From Patescibacteria group bacterium (lineage in GTDB: Bacteria; Patescibacteriota; Patescibacteriia; UBA2591; UBA4787): a stretch of 64,000 nt of DNA. A program made the position numbers and the translations under genes. Below the pieces are notes generated by a model. That model made no database searches. It saw only the letters and a list, made by a program, of their open reading frames with translations, and was not told where the DNA came from. The stretch lies in NCBI GenBank assembly GCA_028715115.1, contig JAQUSN010000001.1:385746-449745 (forward strand), given 5' to 3'. Below, piece after piece: positions 18,946 to 27,168 of the stretch; position 1 is the first letter of the stretch; each line of letters starts with the position of its first letter.

Positions 18946-19254
18946 ATGAAAATCAAGAAAGGCGATATGATTCAAGTTTTAAGCGGCAAAGACAAGGGCA
19001 AAAAGGGCCGCGTGCTTAGAGTTTCTGCAAAAACCAATAAGGTGGTTATTGAAGGCATTAACTTATTTTTCAAACATGTTAGACCGAAAAGAGAGGGGGA
19101 GAAGGGACAGCGTATTCAAATTCCGGTTCCCTTGTATATTTCTAAGATTGCCTTTCTGTGTCCTAAATGTTTAAAACCAGCTAGAGTTGGCTATAAAACT
19201 TTAACTGACGGCTCTAAGGTTCGCTCATGCAAAAAGTGCAAAGAAATAATTTAA
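18946..19254 (+). CDS. rplX: 50S ribosomal protein L24 with C-terminal CxxC..CxxC zinc ribbon
   Basis: KIKKGDMIQVLSGKDKGKKGRV; C-terminal CPKC...CKKC. Confidence 0.9.
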   Translation: MKIKKGDMIQVLSGKDKGKKGRVLRVSAKTNKVVIEGINLFFKHVRPKREGEKGQRIQIPVPLYISKIAFLCPKCLKPARVGYKTLTDGSKVRSCKKCKEII

Positions 19255-19266
19255 TTTTAATAATTT

Positions 19267-19815
19267 ATGATGGATTTAAGAACAAAATATCAGAAAGAAG
19301 TCATTCCTGGTTTGAAGGAAAAATTTGGCTTTAAAAATAATTTAGCCGTTCCTAAATTATTAAAAATTACTTTAAACGTTGGCTTATCAAGAGCTATCAG
19401 CGAAAAAGATGGCCGTTATGCCGAGATTGTTAAAGATACTTTAAATAAGATTAGCGGTCAGAAGCCGATCGAAATTGCGGCCCGTAAATCAATTTCTGGC
19501 TTTAAGATAAGAGAAGGCCTTTTGGTTGGTATGAAGGTCACTTTAAGAGGGGGGCGAATGTATGATTTTGTTGATAAATTGGTAAATATTGTTTTGCCTC
19601 GCACTCGTGATTTTTGTGGTATTTCTGCTAAGGGCATTGATAAGTCTGGCAATTTATCATTGGGGCTGCGAGAGCATTTGGTTTTTCCGGAAATTAAAAC
19701 AGAAGACGTGCAAAAGATTCATGGTCTTCAGATTACCATTACAAGTAATGCGAAAAACAGAGAACAGGGTTTAGAATTATTTAAATTATTAGGATTTCCA
19801 TTTAAACTAGATTAA
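19267..19815 (+). CDS. rplE: 50S ribosomal protein L5
   Basis: Operon position, conserved core. Confidence 0.95.
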   Translation: MMDLRTKYQKEVIPGLKEKFGFKNNLAVPKLLKITLNVGLSRAISEKDGRYAEIVKDTLNKISGQKPIEIAARKSISGFKIREGLLVGMKVTLRGGRMYDFVDKLVNIVLPRTRDFCGISAKGIDKSGNLSLGLREHLVFPEIKTEDVQKIHGLQITITSNAKNREQGLELFKLLGFPFKLD

Positions 19816-19816
19816 T

Positions 19817-20002
19817 ATGGCGACTACAGGACAAGTTCAAAAATCAAAAAGAAAATCAAAATTTAAAACACGAGTCGTGCGACGCTGTTGGCGTTGCGGT
19901 CGACGACATGGTTATATGAGAGATTTTGATATTTGCCGCATATGTTTCAGAGAGCTGGCCACTCGAGGACTTATTCCTGGCGTTCGCAAATCAAGTTGGT
20001 AA
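19817..20002 (+). CDS. rpsZ: 30S ribosomal protein S14 type Z (zinc-binding, 61 aa)
   Basis: [23 protein letters not shown]. Confidence 0.9.
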   Translation: MATTGQVQKSKRKSKFKTRVVRRCWRCGRRHGYMRDFDICRICFRELATRGLIPGVRKSSW

Positions 20003-20033
20003 TTTTAAAAAATAAAATAGGTTTTATTTAATT

Positions 20034-20459
20034 ATGATTGATCAAATTAGCGACATGTTGACTCGCATTAGAAATGCGAATTCCGTTGGTAAACAAGAGG
20101 TGGTGTTTCCTTATTCCAAGGTAAAGTTTTCGCTTTGTAAATTATTAGAAAGAGAGAATTGGATTGCAAGCCTTGAACTAGTAGAATTATCCAAGACCGC
20201 CAAAACCACCAAAGAAACGCGAGAAAAATTTAAACAAATTAAAATAACCCTAAAATACGATAAAAATAACCAACCGCAAATTTCTTCTATCAAAAGAATC
20301 AGCCGTCCAGGGCAGCGAATTTATGTTAAAAAAGATAATATTCCGGTGGTTTTGAACGGGTTGGGCTTGGCGGTTATTTCTACGCCACAAGGGCTTATGA
20401 CCAACAAAGAAGCGCGACAGAAAAAAGTCGGCGGCGAACTATTCTTTGAAATTTGGTAG
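20034..20459 (+). CDS. rpsH: 30S ribosomal protein S8
   Basis: DMLTRIRNA start. Confidence 0.95.
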   Translation: MIDQISDMLTRIRNANSVGKQEVVFPYSKVKFSLCKLLERENWIASLELVELSKTAKTTKETREKFKQIKITLKYDKNNQPQISSIKRISRPGQRIYVKKDNIPVVLNGLGLAVISTPQGLMTNKEARQKKVGGELFFEIW

Positions 20460-20469
20460 ATGTTTTGTT

Positions 20470-20545
20470 AAAAATTTAGATTCGCCATCCGTCCACTGAC
20501 GGAGGCGAAGAATAAATTTTTTAGAAAATGCTTACCCCTTCACTC
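20470..20545. repeat. TTCGCC..GGCGAA hairpin (20475-20503) followed by a third copy of the TTAGAAAATGCTTACCCCTTCACTCA arm
   Basis: TTCGCCATCCGTCCACTGACGGAGGCGAA; TTAGAAAATGCTTACCCCTTCACTCAAA is roughly 90% identical to 18771-18798. Confidence 0.4.
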
Positions 20546-20645
20546 AAATTTTTAAATACCCGCCTGTTTCAGTAAAATTATTAAGATTTAGATATTATTT
20601 TCTATCATTGTCACAAAATAACTCGTAAATTTCGACAATTTTTGT

Positions 20646-21197
20646 ATGTCTCGTTTAGGTAAAAAACCAATCGCCATCATTAATAACGCTCAAGTTAAAA
20701 TTGAAGGCGGAGAAATAATCGTTAAGGGTCCGAAAGGAGAATTAAAATTAAATATTCATCCGGCCGTTTTGATTAAACAAGAGGGAGAAAACTTGGACAT
20801 TAAGGTTAAAAACGAAAATGACAAAAAACAATTAGCTCTTTGGGGCACTTATGTTAGATTGATTAAAAACATGATGCAAGGAGTAACGATCGGTTTTGAT
20901 AAAAAGCTGCAATTAATCGGTGTCGGTTTTCGCGCTCAAGTTACTGGACAAAAATTGATTTTAAATATTGGCTTTTCTCATCAAGTTGAGTATGAATTTC
21001 CTAAAAATATTACAATCAGCGTGGAAAAAGACATTATCACTATTTTTGGCGCTGATAAACAATTAGTAGGAGAAATTGCCGCTCAGATTAGAAAAATTAA
21101 AAAACCAGAGCCCTATAAAGGTTCGGGTATTCGATATTTTGGCGAAGTCGTCAAAAAGAAAGCCGGCAAGAAGGCGGTGGCTAGCGGCGGCGCTTAA
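20646..21197 (+). CDS. rplF: 50S ribosomal protein L6
   Basis: MSRLGKKPI start. Confidence 0.95.
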   Translation: MSRLGKKPIAIINNAQVKIEGGEIIVKGPKGELKLNIHPAVLIKQEGENLDIKVKNENDKKQLALWGTYVRLIKNMMQGVTIGFDKKLQLIGVGFRAQVTGQKLILNIGFSHQVEYEFPKNITISVEKDIITIFGADKQLVGEIAAQIRKIKKPEPYKGSGIRYFGEVVKKKAGKKAVASGGA

Positions 21198-21217
21198 TCA
21201 ACTATAGTTAGTATTTT

Positions 21218-21577
21218 ATGAAGAGTTTATCCAAAATTAAACGAGAATCTTTAGCTCGCCGTCACAAAAGAGTTAGAGTAAAGATTAACGGAACGAAAGA
21301 GCGTCCTCGTTTATCGGTTTTTCGCAGTAATCAACATATTTACGCTCAACTTATTGATGATCAACATGGCAAAACATTAATGAGCGTGAGTGATTTGTCT
21401 TTTAAAAAAAATAAAAACAATAAATCAACCATGGCTAAACAAGTCGGCCAGTTAATTGCCGCTAAGGCGCTGGAAAGCAAGATAAGTCAAGTTGTTTTTG
21501 ATCGCGGCGGTTATCAATATCACGGCCGCATTAAGCAATTGGCTGAAGGCGCCCGTGAAGGCGGTTTAAAATTTTAA
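21218..21577 (+). CDS. rplR: 50S ribosomal protein L18
   Basis: [18 protein letters not shown]. Confidence 0.9.
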   Translation: MKSLSKIKRESLARRHKRVRVKINGTKERPRLSVFRSNQHIYAQLIDDQHGKTLMSVSDLSFKKNKNNKSTMAKQVGQLIAAKALESKISQVVFDRGGYQYHGRIKQLAEGAREGGLKF

Positions 21578-21604
21578 TTAAATTATTAGATAATTTTTAT
21601 TAAT

Positions 21605-22087
21605 ATGATTGAGAAAAAACGTCGAAGAAGAGAAGGGCCTGAAGCGGGAGGAGAAAAGGAATTTGATCAAAGATTATTAGACTTAGCCCGCGTTACGCGC
21701 GTGACAGCTGGCGGAAAACAACTTCGTTTTCGTGCCTGTGTTGCCATTGGCGACAAAAAAGGTAGAGTCGGCATAGGTACCTCTAAGGGTCCGGACGTTT
21801 CAACTGCTATTGAAAAAGCTGTTCGTCAAGCCAAAAAAAATGTTATTAATGTTTCTATTGTTAATGAAACCATTCCTCATTGGGTAAAAGAAAAATATGG
21901 CGCAGCTTCTATCTTGCTTCGACCGGCCGGTCGCGGCAAAGGCATTATTGCCGGTAGCGTAATTCGTATTATTACTGAATTAGCCGGTATTTCTAATATT
22001 ACGGCAAAAATATTAGGGTCAAATAACAAGATTGCTAATGCCAAAGCAACAATTAATGCTTTACTAAAACTTAAAAAAATGGTTTAG
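21605..22087 (+). CDS. rpsE: 30S ribosomal protein S5
   Basis: RVTRVTAGGKQLRFRA and GTSKGPDV motifs. Confidence 0.95.
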   Translation: MIEKKRRRREGPEAGGEKEFDQRLLDLARVTRVTAGGKQLRFRACVAIGDKKGRVGIGTSKGPDVSTAIEKAVRQAKKNVINVSIVNETIPHWVKEKYGAASILLRPAGRGKGIIAGSVIRIITELAGISNITAKILGSNNKIANAKATINALLKLKKMV

Positions 22088-22093
22088 TTTATT

Positions 22094-22317
22094 TATGCCC
22101 AGTAACAAAACTTCACCAGCCCGCTAGGGCGGTCTGAAAGTTCCGTTTTTGGGCTCACTCCAATAAATTAAAAAAAATTTCATCTTCAAGCATAATAGTT
22201 TAAAGATGCCAACCGTAATTAAAATTATATTAACTTGTATTTTTAATCAATTTATTTTATTTCACCTTGACGCCTAATAATTTGGCATCTTTGTGAAGTT
22301 ATTGTTACCTGGGTATG
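22094..22317. mobile_element. MITE-like element copy 1 (about 224 nt) with about 24-nt terminal inverted repeats, occupying the rpsE-rplO spacer (where rpmD/L30 normally lies) and ending in the rplO ATG
   Basis: 5' TATGCCCAGTAACAAAACTTCACCAGCCCGC and 3' GTGAAGTTATTGTTACCTGGGTATG are reverse complements. An internal inverted pair AAGATGCCAA / TTGGCATCTT is present. A second copy lies at 53977-54198. Confidence 0.5.
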
Positions 22318-22779
22318 ATTAATTTATCTAATTTGAAAAAATATTCCGGACAAAAGAAAAAAGCCAAACGATTAGGCCGAGGCACTTCTTCTGGTCAAGG
22401 CACTTATTCTGGCAAAGGACAGAAAGGGCAACGATCTCGCAGTGGCGGTCGCCGCGGATTGAAGCTCAGGGGCATTCGTTTGGTGATTAAGAGATTTCCT
22501 AAAAATGGTGGTTTTCGCAGTTTAAGAAAACGTTTAGTTGTCATCAACTTAAAAACCATTGAAAATAAATTCTCCAGCGGTGATTTGGTTAACGCAGAAA
22601 AATTATTTAAATTAGGACTGATTAATTCACCTAAGGAAAAAATAAAAGTTTTAGGTTCTGGTAAATTAACTAAAAAATTTATTATTATTGCCAATGCTTT
22701 CTCTGCCCTGGCAAAAGAATCTATTATCAAAGCCGGAGGAGAGGTAAAGCTTGTCGAGAGAGTGAACTCAAGGAAATAA
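22315..22779 (+). CDS. rplO: 50S ribosomal protein L15
   Basis: MINLSNLKKYSG...LGRGTSSGQGTYSGKGQKGQRSRSGG. Confidence 0.9.
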   Translation: MINLSNLKKYSGQKKKAKRLGRGTSSGQGTYSGKGQKGQRSRSGGRRGLKLRGIRLVIKRFPKNGGFRSLRKRLVVINLKTIENKFSSGDLVNAEKLFKLGLINSPKEKIKVLGSGKLTKKFIIIANAFSALAKESIIKAGGEVKLVERVNSRK

Positions 22780-22989
22780 AATTCAAATAAAACATCGTTG
22801 TTCTAATTGTTCAATGTTTATACTTTTATGAAGAATCCTTTTTCCAAGATGCAGTTAATGGCGCCCAAACATATCGTTTTAATAATCATAATCGTTATTT
22901 TGGTTGTTGCTACTTTATTGCTTCAAAAGATCGGTTTATTTGTACATTAAACGAGCAATAATATTTGAAAAAATTATTTAGCTATTTTT

Positions 22990-24258
22990 ATGTGGAAAAA
23001 AATCAGAGAAATTTGGCAATTTAAGGATTTACGTAACAATATTTTGTTTGTTGTGGCTATGTTGATAATTTTTCGCGTAGCCGCTCATATTCCCATACCG
23101 GGCATTAATCTTGCCGCTTTAAATGATTTATTCGCCAGAAACCAGATTTTAGGACTAGTTAACGTTCTGTCTGGTGGAGCTATGGCGAATTTTTCTGTTA
23201 TTGCCATGGGTGTCGGTCCTTACATTACTGCATCGATTATTATGCAACTTTTAACCATGATTATCCCCAAGCTCGAAGAACTTTCCAAAGAGGGCTCAAG
23301 TGGCCATCAAAAAATAAATCAATATTCGCGTATTTTAACTGTTCCTTTGGCCATGATTCAGTCATACAGTATGATTAGGCTGTTTAATAGTTCTGGCCAG
23401 ATTTTTACCAACTTTACGCCAATGAGTATTATAACTACTATTATAGTTATGACTGGTGGCACGGTTTTTTTGATGTGGCTGGGTGAATTGATTTCAGAAA
23501 AGAAAGTTGGTAACGGCATTTCGCTCATTATCTTTGCTGGTATCGTGGAAAGGATTCCGTCATCTTTGCAACATTTTATTGTTACTTTTACCACCACTCA
23601 ATTAACCAGCTTATTAGTTTTCGTAGTTTTAGGCGTAATAACCATTGCTGGCGTAGTTTTGTTGACCGAGGGTCAACGCAATATCCCAGTTTCTTTTGCT
23701 CGCCGAATTCGCGGAAATAAAATGTATGGTGGCACAGATACATATTTGCCGGTTAGAGTAAATCAGGCCGGAATGATCCCGATTATTTTCGCCATTTCTA
23801 TAGTTCTGTTGCCATCTTTGGCTGGTCAATTTATGCAGCGTTCTGCGATTGGTTGGGTGGCGAGCCTGGGCGGTCATTTTATTACTATTTTTCAAAATCA
23901 AATAGTTTACGGCATTGTTTATTTTGTTTTGGTTGTGGCTTTTACCTATTTTTATACCACTATTGTTTTCCATCCTCGTCAAATCGCAGAAAATTTGCAA
24001 AAGCAGGGTGGCTTTGTGCCCGGTATTCGTCCCGGAGAATCGACCGTAACTTTTTTGGGCCAAGTGAGTAATCGTATTATGTTAGCCGGCGCTTTGTCAT
24101 TAGGCATAATCGCCGTCTTGCCCCTAATTACGCAAGGTGCTTTAAAGGTTTCCGCTTTTACCGTTGGCGGTGCTAGTTTGTTAATCGTCGTCAGTGTTGT
24201 TCTAGAAACCATGAAACAGATTGAATCACAACTTGCTATGCGTGAATACGAAGCATAA
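22990..24258 (+). CDS. secY: Preprotein translocase subunit SecY
   Basis: 10-TM profile; operon position after rplO. Confidence 0.97.
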   Translation: MWKKIREIWQFKDLRNNILFVVAMLIIFRVAAHIPIPGINLAALNDLFARNQILGLVNVLSGGAMANFSVIAMGVGPYITASIIMQLLTMIIPKLEELSKEGSSGHQKINQYSRILTVPLAMIQSYSMIRLFNSSGQIFTNFTPMSIITTIIVMTGGTVFLMWLGELISEKKVGNGISLIIFAGIVERIPSSLQHFIVTFTTTQLTSLLVFVVLGVITIAGVVLLTEGQRNIPVSFARRIRGNKMYGGTDTYLPVRVNQAGMIPIIFAISIVLLPSLAGQFMQRSAIGWVASLGGHFITIFQNQIVYGIVYFVLVVAFTYFYTTIVFHPRQIAENLQKQGGFVPGIRPGESTVTFLGQVSNRIMLAGALSLGIIAVLPLITQGALKVSAFTVGGASLLIVVSVVLETMKQIESQLAMREYEA

Positions 24259-24268
24259 TTTTGATAAT

Positions 24269-24949
24269 ATGAATGAGCAAGAAAAGCAAAAAATCGGCAA
24301 ATTAAAAATAGCTTTTATCGGTCGCCCGGGAACAGGTAAGGGAACGCAGACCGAAATTTTACATCAAGAAACTGGTTTAGTTCTTATTCCTTCGCCAGGA
24401 GACATTTATCGCGATCCGGAATTTCGCAAAACTCCACTCGGTAAAGAAATAGGCGAAGGGGTTGATAAGGGCATTTTTGCGCCCAACGAAGTAACCAACC
24501 AAATAATGAAAGATAAAATATCCGCCTTGACCAATAATAATCAGGTGGGTTTTATTTCTGAAGGTTATCCGCGCACTTTACCGCAGGCTGAATTTGCCGA
24601 GAAAGAAATTGGCATTAATTGGATGATTAATCTTGAGGTGCCGGAGAGTCGATTAATGGAAAGGTTGTCTCGGCGCCGAGTTTGCCCAAAATGTAAAACC
24701 AACTTTAATTTTGCCACCAATCCGCCCAAAAACGGCAATTTATGCGATATTTGCCAGGTTGAATTAGTCCTAAGAGATGACGATAAGTTAGAAAATATTA
24801 AACATAGATTTGTTGTTTATCACGAGACTGCCGAACCGACCATTGAATTTTATCGCCAGAGGAATAAAATTATTGATATTAATGGCGATCGTCCAGTAGA
24901 AGATGTGGCGAAAAGCGTACTTGAATCCTTGTTGAATAAAATAAATTAA
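24269..24949 (+). CDS. adk: Adenylate kinase (canonical, zinc-LID); start corrected to MNEQEK
   Basis: GRPGTGKGTQ and CPKC..CDIC; position in the spc operon. Confidence 0.9.
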   Translation: MNEQEKQKIGKLKIAFIGRPGTGKGTQTEILHQETGLVLIPSPGDIYRDPEFRKTPLGKEIGEGVDKGIFAPNEVTNQIMKDKISALTNNNQVGFISEGYPRTLPQAEFAEKEIGINWMINLEVPESRLMERLSRRRVCPKCKTNFNFATNPPKNGNLCDICQVELVLRDDDKLENIKHRFVVYHETAEPTIEFYRQRNKIIDINGDRPVEDVAKSVLESLLNKIN

Positions 24950-24956
24950 TATTTGA

Positions 24957-25023
24957 GTATCCTATCCGGGGATGTATAATAGGTTACCCTTCCTAACGTC
25001 GGGGTACTCAAATTTGTAAGAAC
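24957..25023. repeat. Hairpin element (arms ATTTGAGTATCC / GGGGTACTCAAAT) with a TATAAT in its loop, homologous to the 18878-18945 region
   Basis: GGGGTACTCAAATTTGTAAGAACTTTAC...GTTCGTAAATTTCAACAAATTTGGTATG aligns with GGGGTGCTCAAAATTCTAAGAAAATTTAT...GTTCTAAAATTTTAAGAATTTTGGCATATG. Confidence 0.4.
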
Positions 25024-25067
25024 TTTACTTCGCTATAAGATAGTTCGTAAATTTCAACAAATTTGGT

Positions 25068-25829
25068 ATGATTTCTATCAAAACCAAAGAAGAAATAAAA
25101 ACGATGCGCCAGGCCGCTAGGCACCTGGCGCAAGTTTTAGATTTGGTGGTTAGGGCGGTTAAGCCAGACGTTTCCACTTGGGAACTCGATCAATTAGCCG
25201 AACAACTAATTTTAAATTTGGGCGCCGAGCCGGCGTTTAAAGATTATTGTCCAGATAATCGTTCCGGCTATCCGGCGACACTTTGCGTTTCTATTAATCA
25301 AGAAGTAGTTCATGGCATTCCTAAAAAGGATAGAATCATTAAGGAAGGCGACGTTGTCGGCATTGATTGCGGTGTAAAATTAAATGGTTATTATTCTGAT
25401 ATGGCCATTACGGTTGGAGTAGGTAAGATTAAATCGGAATATAAAAAGTTATTAGATGTGACTAAAAAATCTTTGGAACTCGGGATTAAAAAAGTAAAAG
25501 AAGGAGTTTACCTTGGAGACGTTTCGTCAACCATACAAAATTACATAGAAAAAAATGGTTTTAGCGTAGTTAGAAATTTATGCGGACATGGCATTGGTAG
25601 AAATCTTCATGAAGAACCGAGCATCTTTAATTTTGGCAAACCAAAAACAGGTCCGATTTTAAAAGCTGGTATGACTTTGGCGATTGAGCCGATGGTTAAT
25701 CTCGGTGATTTCAAGGTTAAAACGGCTGACGACGGTTGGACCATTGAAACGGTTGACGGTAAATATTCGGCCCACTTCGAGCACACTGTTTTAGTGACTA
25801 AAAACGGCGCAGAAATTTTGACAAAATAA
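25068..25829 (+). CDS. map: Methionine aminopeptidase type I
   Basis: Pita-bread-fold metal ligands (DCGVKLNGYYSD, HGIGRNLHE, EHT). Confidence 0.95.
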   Translation: MISIKTKEEIKTMRQAARHLAQVLDLVVRAVKPDVSTWELDQLAEQLILNLGAEPAFKDYCPDNRSGYPATLCVSINQEVVHGIPKKDRIIKEGDVVGIDCGVKLNGYYSDMAITVGVGKIKSEYKKLLDVTKKSLELGIKKVKEGVYLGDVSSTIQNYIEKNGFSVVRNLCGHGIGRNLHEEPSIFNFGKPKTGPILKAGMTLAIEPMVNLGDFKVKTADDGWTIETVDGKYSAHFEHTVLVTKNGAEILTK

Positions 25830-25857
25830 AATTTTGTGTTATAATATTTATATAGAT

Positions 25858-25934
25858 CGCGGGGTAGAGCAGCCCGGCAGCTCGCCAGGCCCATAACCTG
25901 GAGGTCGTGGGTTCAAATCCCACCCCCGCAACCA
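25858..25934 (+). tRNA. Initiator tRNA-fMet (CAT); CCA encoded
   Basis: CGCGGGG..CCCCGCA acceptor with C1:A72 mismatch; T-loop TTCAAAT and variable loop AGGTC identical to E. coli tRNA-fMet; anticodon loop CCCATAA (C33). Confidence 0.85.
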
Positions 25935-25951
25935 ATTTTAATTTAAGCTGT

Positions 25952-26023
25952 GGCAGGGTAGCTCAGTGGTAGAGCACACGCTTCATAAGCGTGTCGTCGT
26001 GGGTTCGATCCCCACCCCTGCTA
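25952..26023 (+). tRNA. tRNA with CAT anticodon (elongator Met or lysidine-modified Ile2)
   Basis: GGCAGGG acceptor, GCTC-AGTGGTA-GAGC D-arm, CACGC-TTCATAA-GCGTG anticodon arm, GTGGG-TTCGATC-CCCAC T-arm. Confidence 0.8.
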
Positions 26024-26026
26024 TAG

Positions 26027-26056
26027 AAAAAGTCGCCCTATTCGGGTGACTTTTTC
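26027..26056. terminator. Bidirectional terminator-like hairpin between the plus- and minus-strand tRNA genes
   Basis: AAAAAGTCGCCC-TATT-CGGGTGACTTTTT. Confidence 0.4.
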
Positions 26057-26082
26057 GTATACTTAAATTTTATGGTGCCGCT

Positions 26083-26158
26083 GGTGGGAGTCGAACCCAC
26101 AATTCCGTAAGGAAACACGATTTTGAGTTCCGCCAGTTGGCGGACAGGCGTGCTTTAA
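26083..26158 (-). pseudogene. 3' fragment of a second tRNA-Leu(CAA)-like gene (acceptor 3' strand CAGCGGC-A-CCA) fused to the palindrome TCCGCCAACTGGCGGA
   Basis: The reverse complement reads GCACGCCTGTCCGCCAACTGGCGGA-ACTCAAAATCGTG-TTTCCTTACGGAATT-GTGGGTTCGACTCCCAC-CAGCGGCACCA. The anticodon 3' half, long variable arm and T-arm are intact. The matching 5' half (GCCGCTG) lies at 26268-26319. Confidence 0.5.
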
Positions 26159-26245
26159 TGGTGGGCATGGAGGGAGTTGAACCCTCAAGGTCGTAAGACC
26201 ATACGATTTTGAGTCGTACGCGTATGCCAGTTCCGCCACATGCCC
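26159..26245 (-). tRNA. tRNA-Leu (anticodon CAA), long variable arm; CCA encoded
   Basis: The reverse complement reads GGGCATG-TG-GCGGAACTGGCATACGC-G-TACGA-CTCAAAA-TCGTA-TGGTCTTACGACCT-TGAGGG-TTCAACT-CCCTC-CATGCCC-A-CCA. Confidence 0.85.
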
Positions 26246-26267
26246 ACATTGATTCTTCAGTATGCCA

Positions 26268-26319
26268 GCTTGCCCCGTAAAACAGCAGCTGTTTTTATTT
26301 GGGGTTCCGCCACAGCGGC
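26268..26319 (-). pseudogene. 5' fragment of the Leu-like tRNA (acceptor GCCGCTG plus D-arm GCGGAAC) with a 35-nt hairpin insertion in the D-loop
   Basis: The reverse complement reads GCCGCTG-TG-GCGGAAC[CCCAAATAAAAACAGCTGCTGTTTTACGGGGCAAG]CTGGCATAC. The acceptor is complementary to the 3' fragment at 26083-26158, so the intact tRNA-Leu sits between the two halves. Confidence 0.4.
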
Positions 26320-26361
26320 CTATTTATGGGCAGATATTTCATTATAGATTAAAAATTTTCC

Positions 26362-26389
26362 TTGTCAAGTCGCTATTTTGTATTATAAT
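26362..26389 (+). promoter_or_regulatory. Sigma-70-type promoter for parAB (TTGTCA-16-TATAAT)
   Basis: TTGTCA at 26362-26367 and TATAAT at 26384-26389, 9 nt before the parA ATG. Confidence 0.5.
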
Positions 26390-26397
26390 TTAACCAT

Positions 26398-27150
26398 ATG
26401 ATTATCTCGGTTGTGAATCAGAAAGGAGGGGTGGGTAAGACCACCACGGTTATAAATTTAGCTGCGGCTGTTGCTGATTTTGGTAAACGAGTCTTACTGG
26501 TTGATCTTGATCCGCAAGGCAATAGCAGCTCGGGTTTAGGCGTCGAAGATCGCACCAAGGGAATTTACGAGCTTTTGAGCGAGCAAATTCCGGCTCATGA
26601 AGGTATTAAGCAGGTCAAAGAAAATCTTTTTGTCATTCCGGCTAATCAGAATCTGGCTGGAGCAAATATCGAATTAGTTAATCTGCCAGATCGGGAAAAA
26701 TTTTTAACGAAGACTTTAAATAATTTACCGGAAAAATTTGATTATATTTTTATTGACAATCCGCCCTCACTCGGGCTTTTAACGGTTAATAGTTTAGTCG
26801 CGGCCGACAAAGTTCTTATTCCGGTTCAAGCAGAATATTACGCGCTTGAGGGGTTGGGTCAACTTTTAAATACGGTTGATTTAATTAAACAAAGCCTTCG
26901 GCCCGACCTGAGAATTTTAGGGGCGATTGTCACTATGTATGACGAGAAGATTGACCTGGCGCGCGAAGTTTGGCATGAACTTTATAAAAGTTTTCCGTAT
27001 AAAATTTTTCGCACCGTTATCCCGCGCGACATAAAATTAGCCGAAGCGCCAAGCTTTGGTAAAAACATTTTACAATATGCGCCCAAATCAAAAAGCGCCA
27101 AGGCTTACCAAAGATTAGCCAAAGAATTTTTACATCATCACGAAAAATAA
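26398..27150 (+). CDS. parA: ParA/Soj chromosome-partitioning ATPase
   Basis: Deviant Walker A NQKGGVGKTTT. Confidence 0.9.
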   Translation: MIISVVNQKGGVGKTTTVINLAAAVADFGKRVLLVDLDPQGNSSSGLGVEDRTKGIYELLSEQIPAHEGIKQVKENLFVIPANQNLAGANIELVNLPDREKFLTKTLNNLPEKFDYIFIDNPPSLGLLTVNSLVAADKVLIPVQAEYYALEGLGQLLNTVDLIKQSLRPDLRILGAIVTMYDEKIDLAREVWHELYKSFPYKIFRTVIPRDIKLAEAPSFGKNILQYAPKSKSAKAYQRLAKEFLHHHEK

Positions 27151-27168
27151 AATTTATTTAATATTTTT

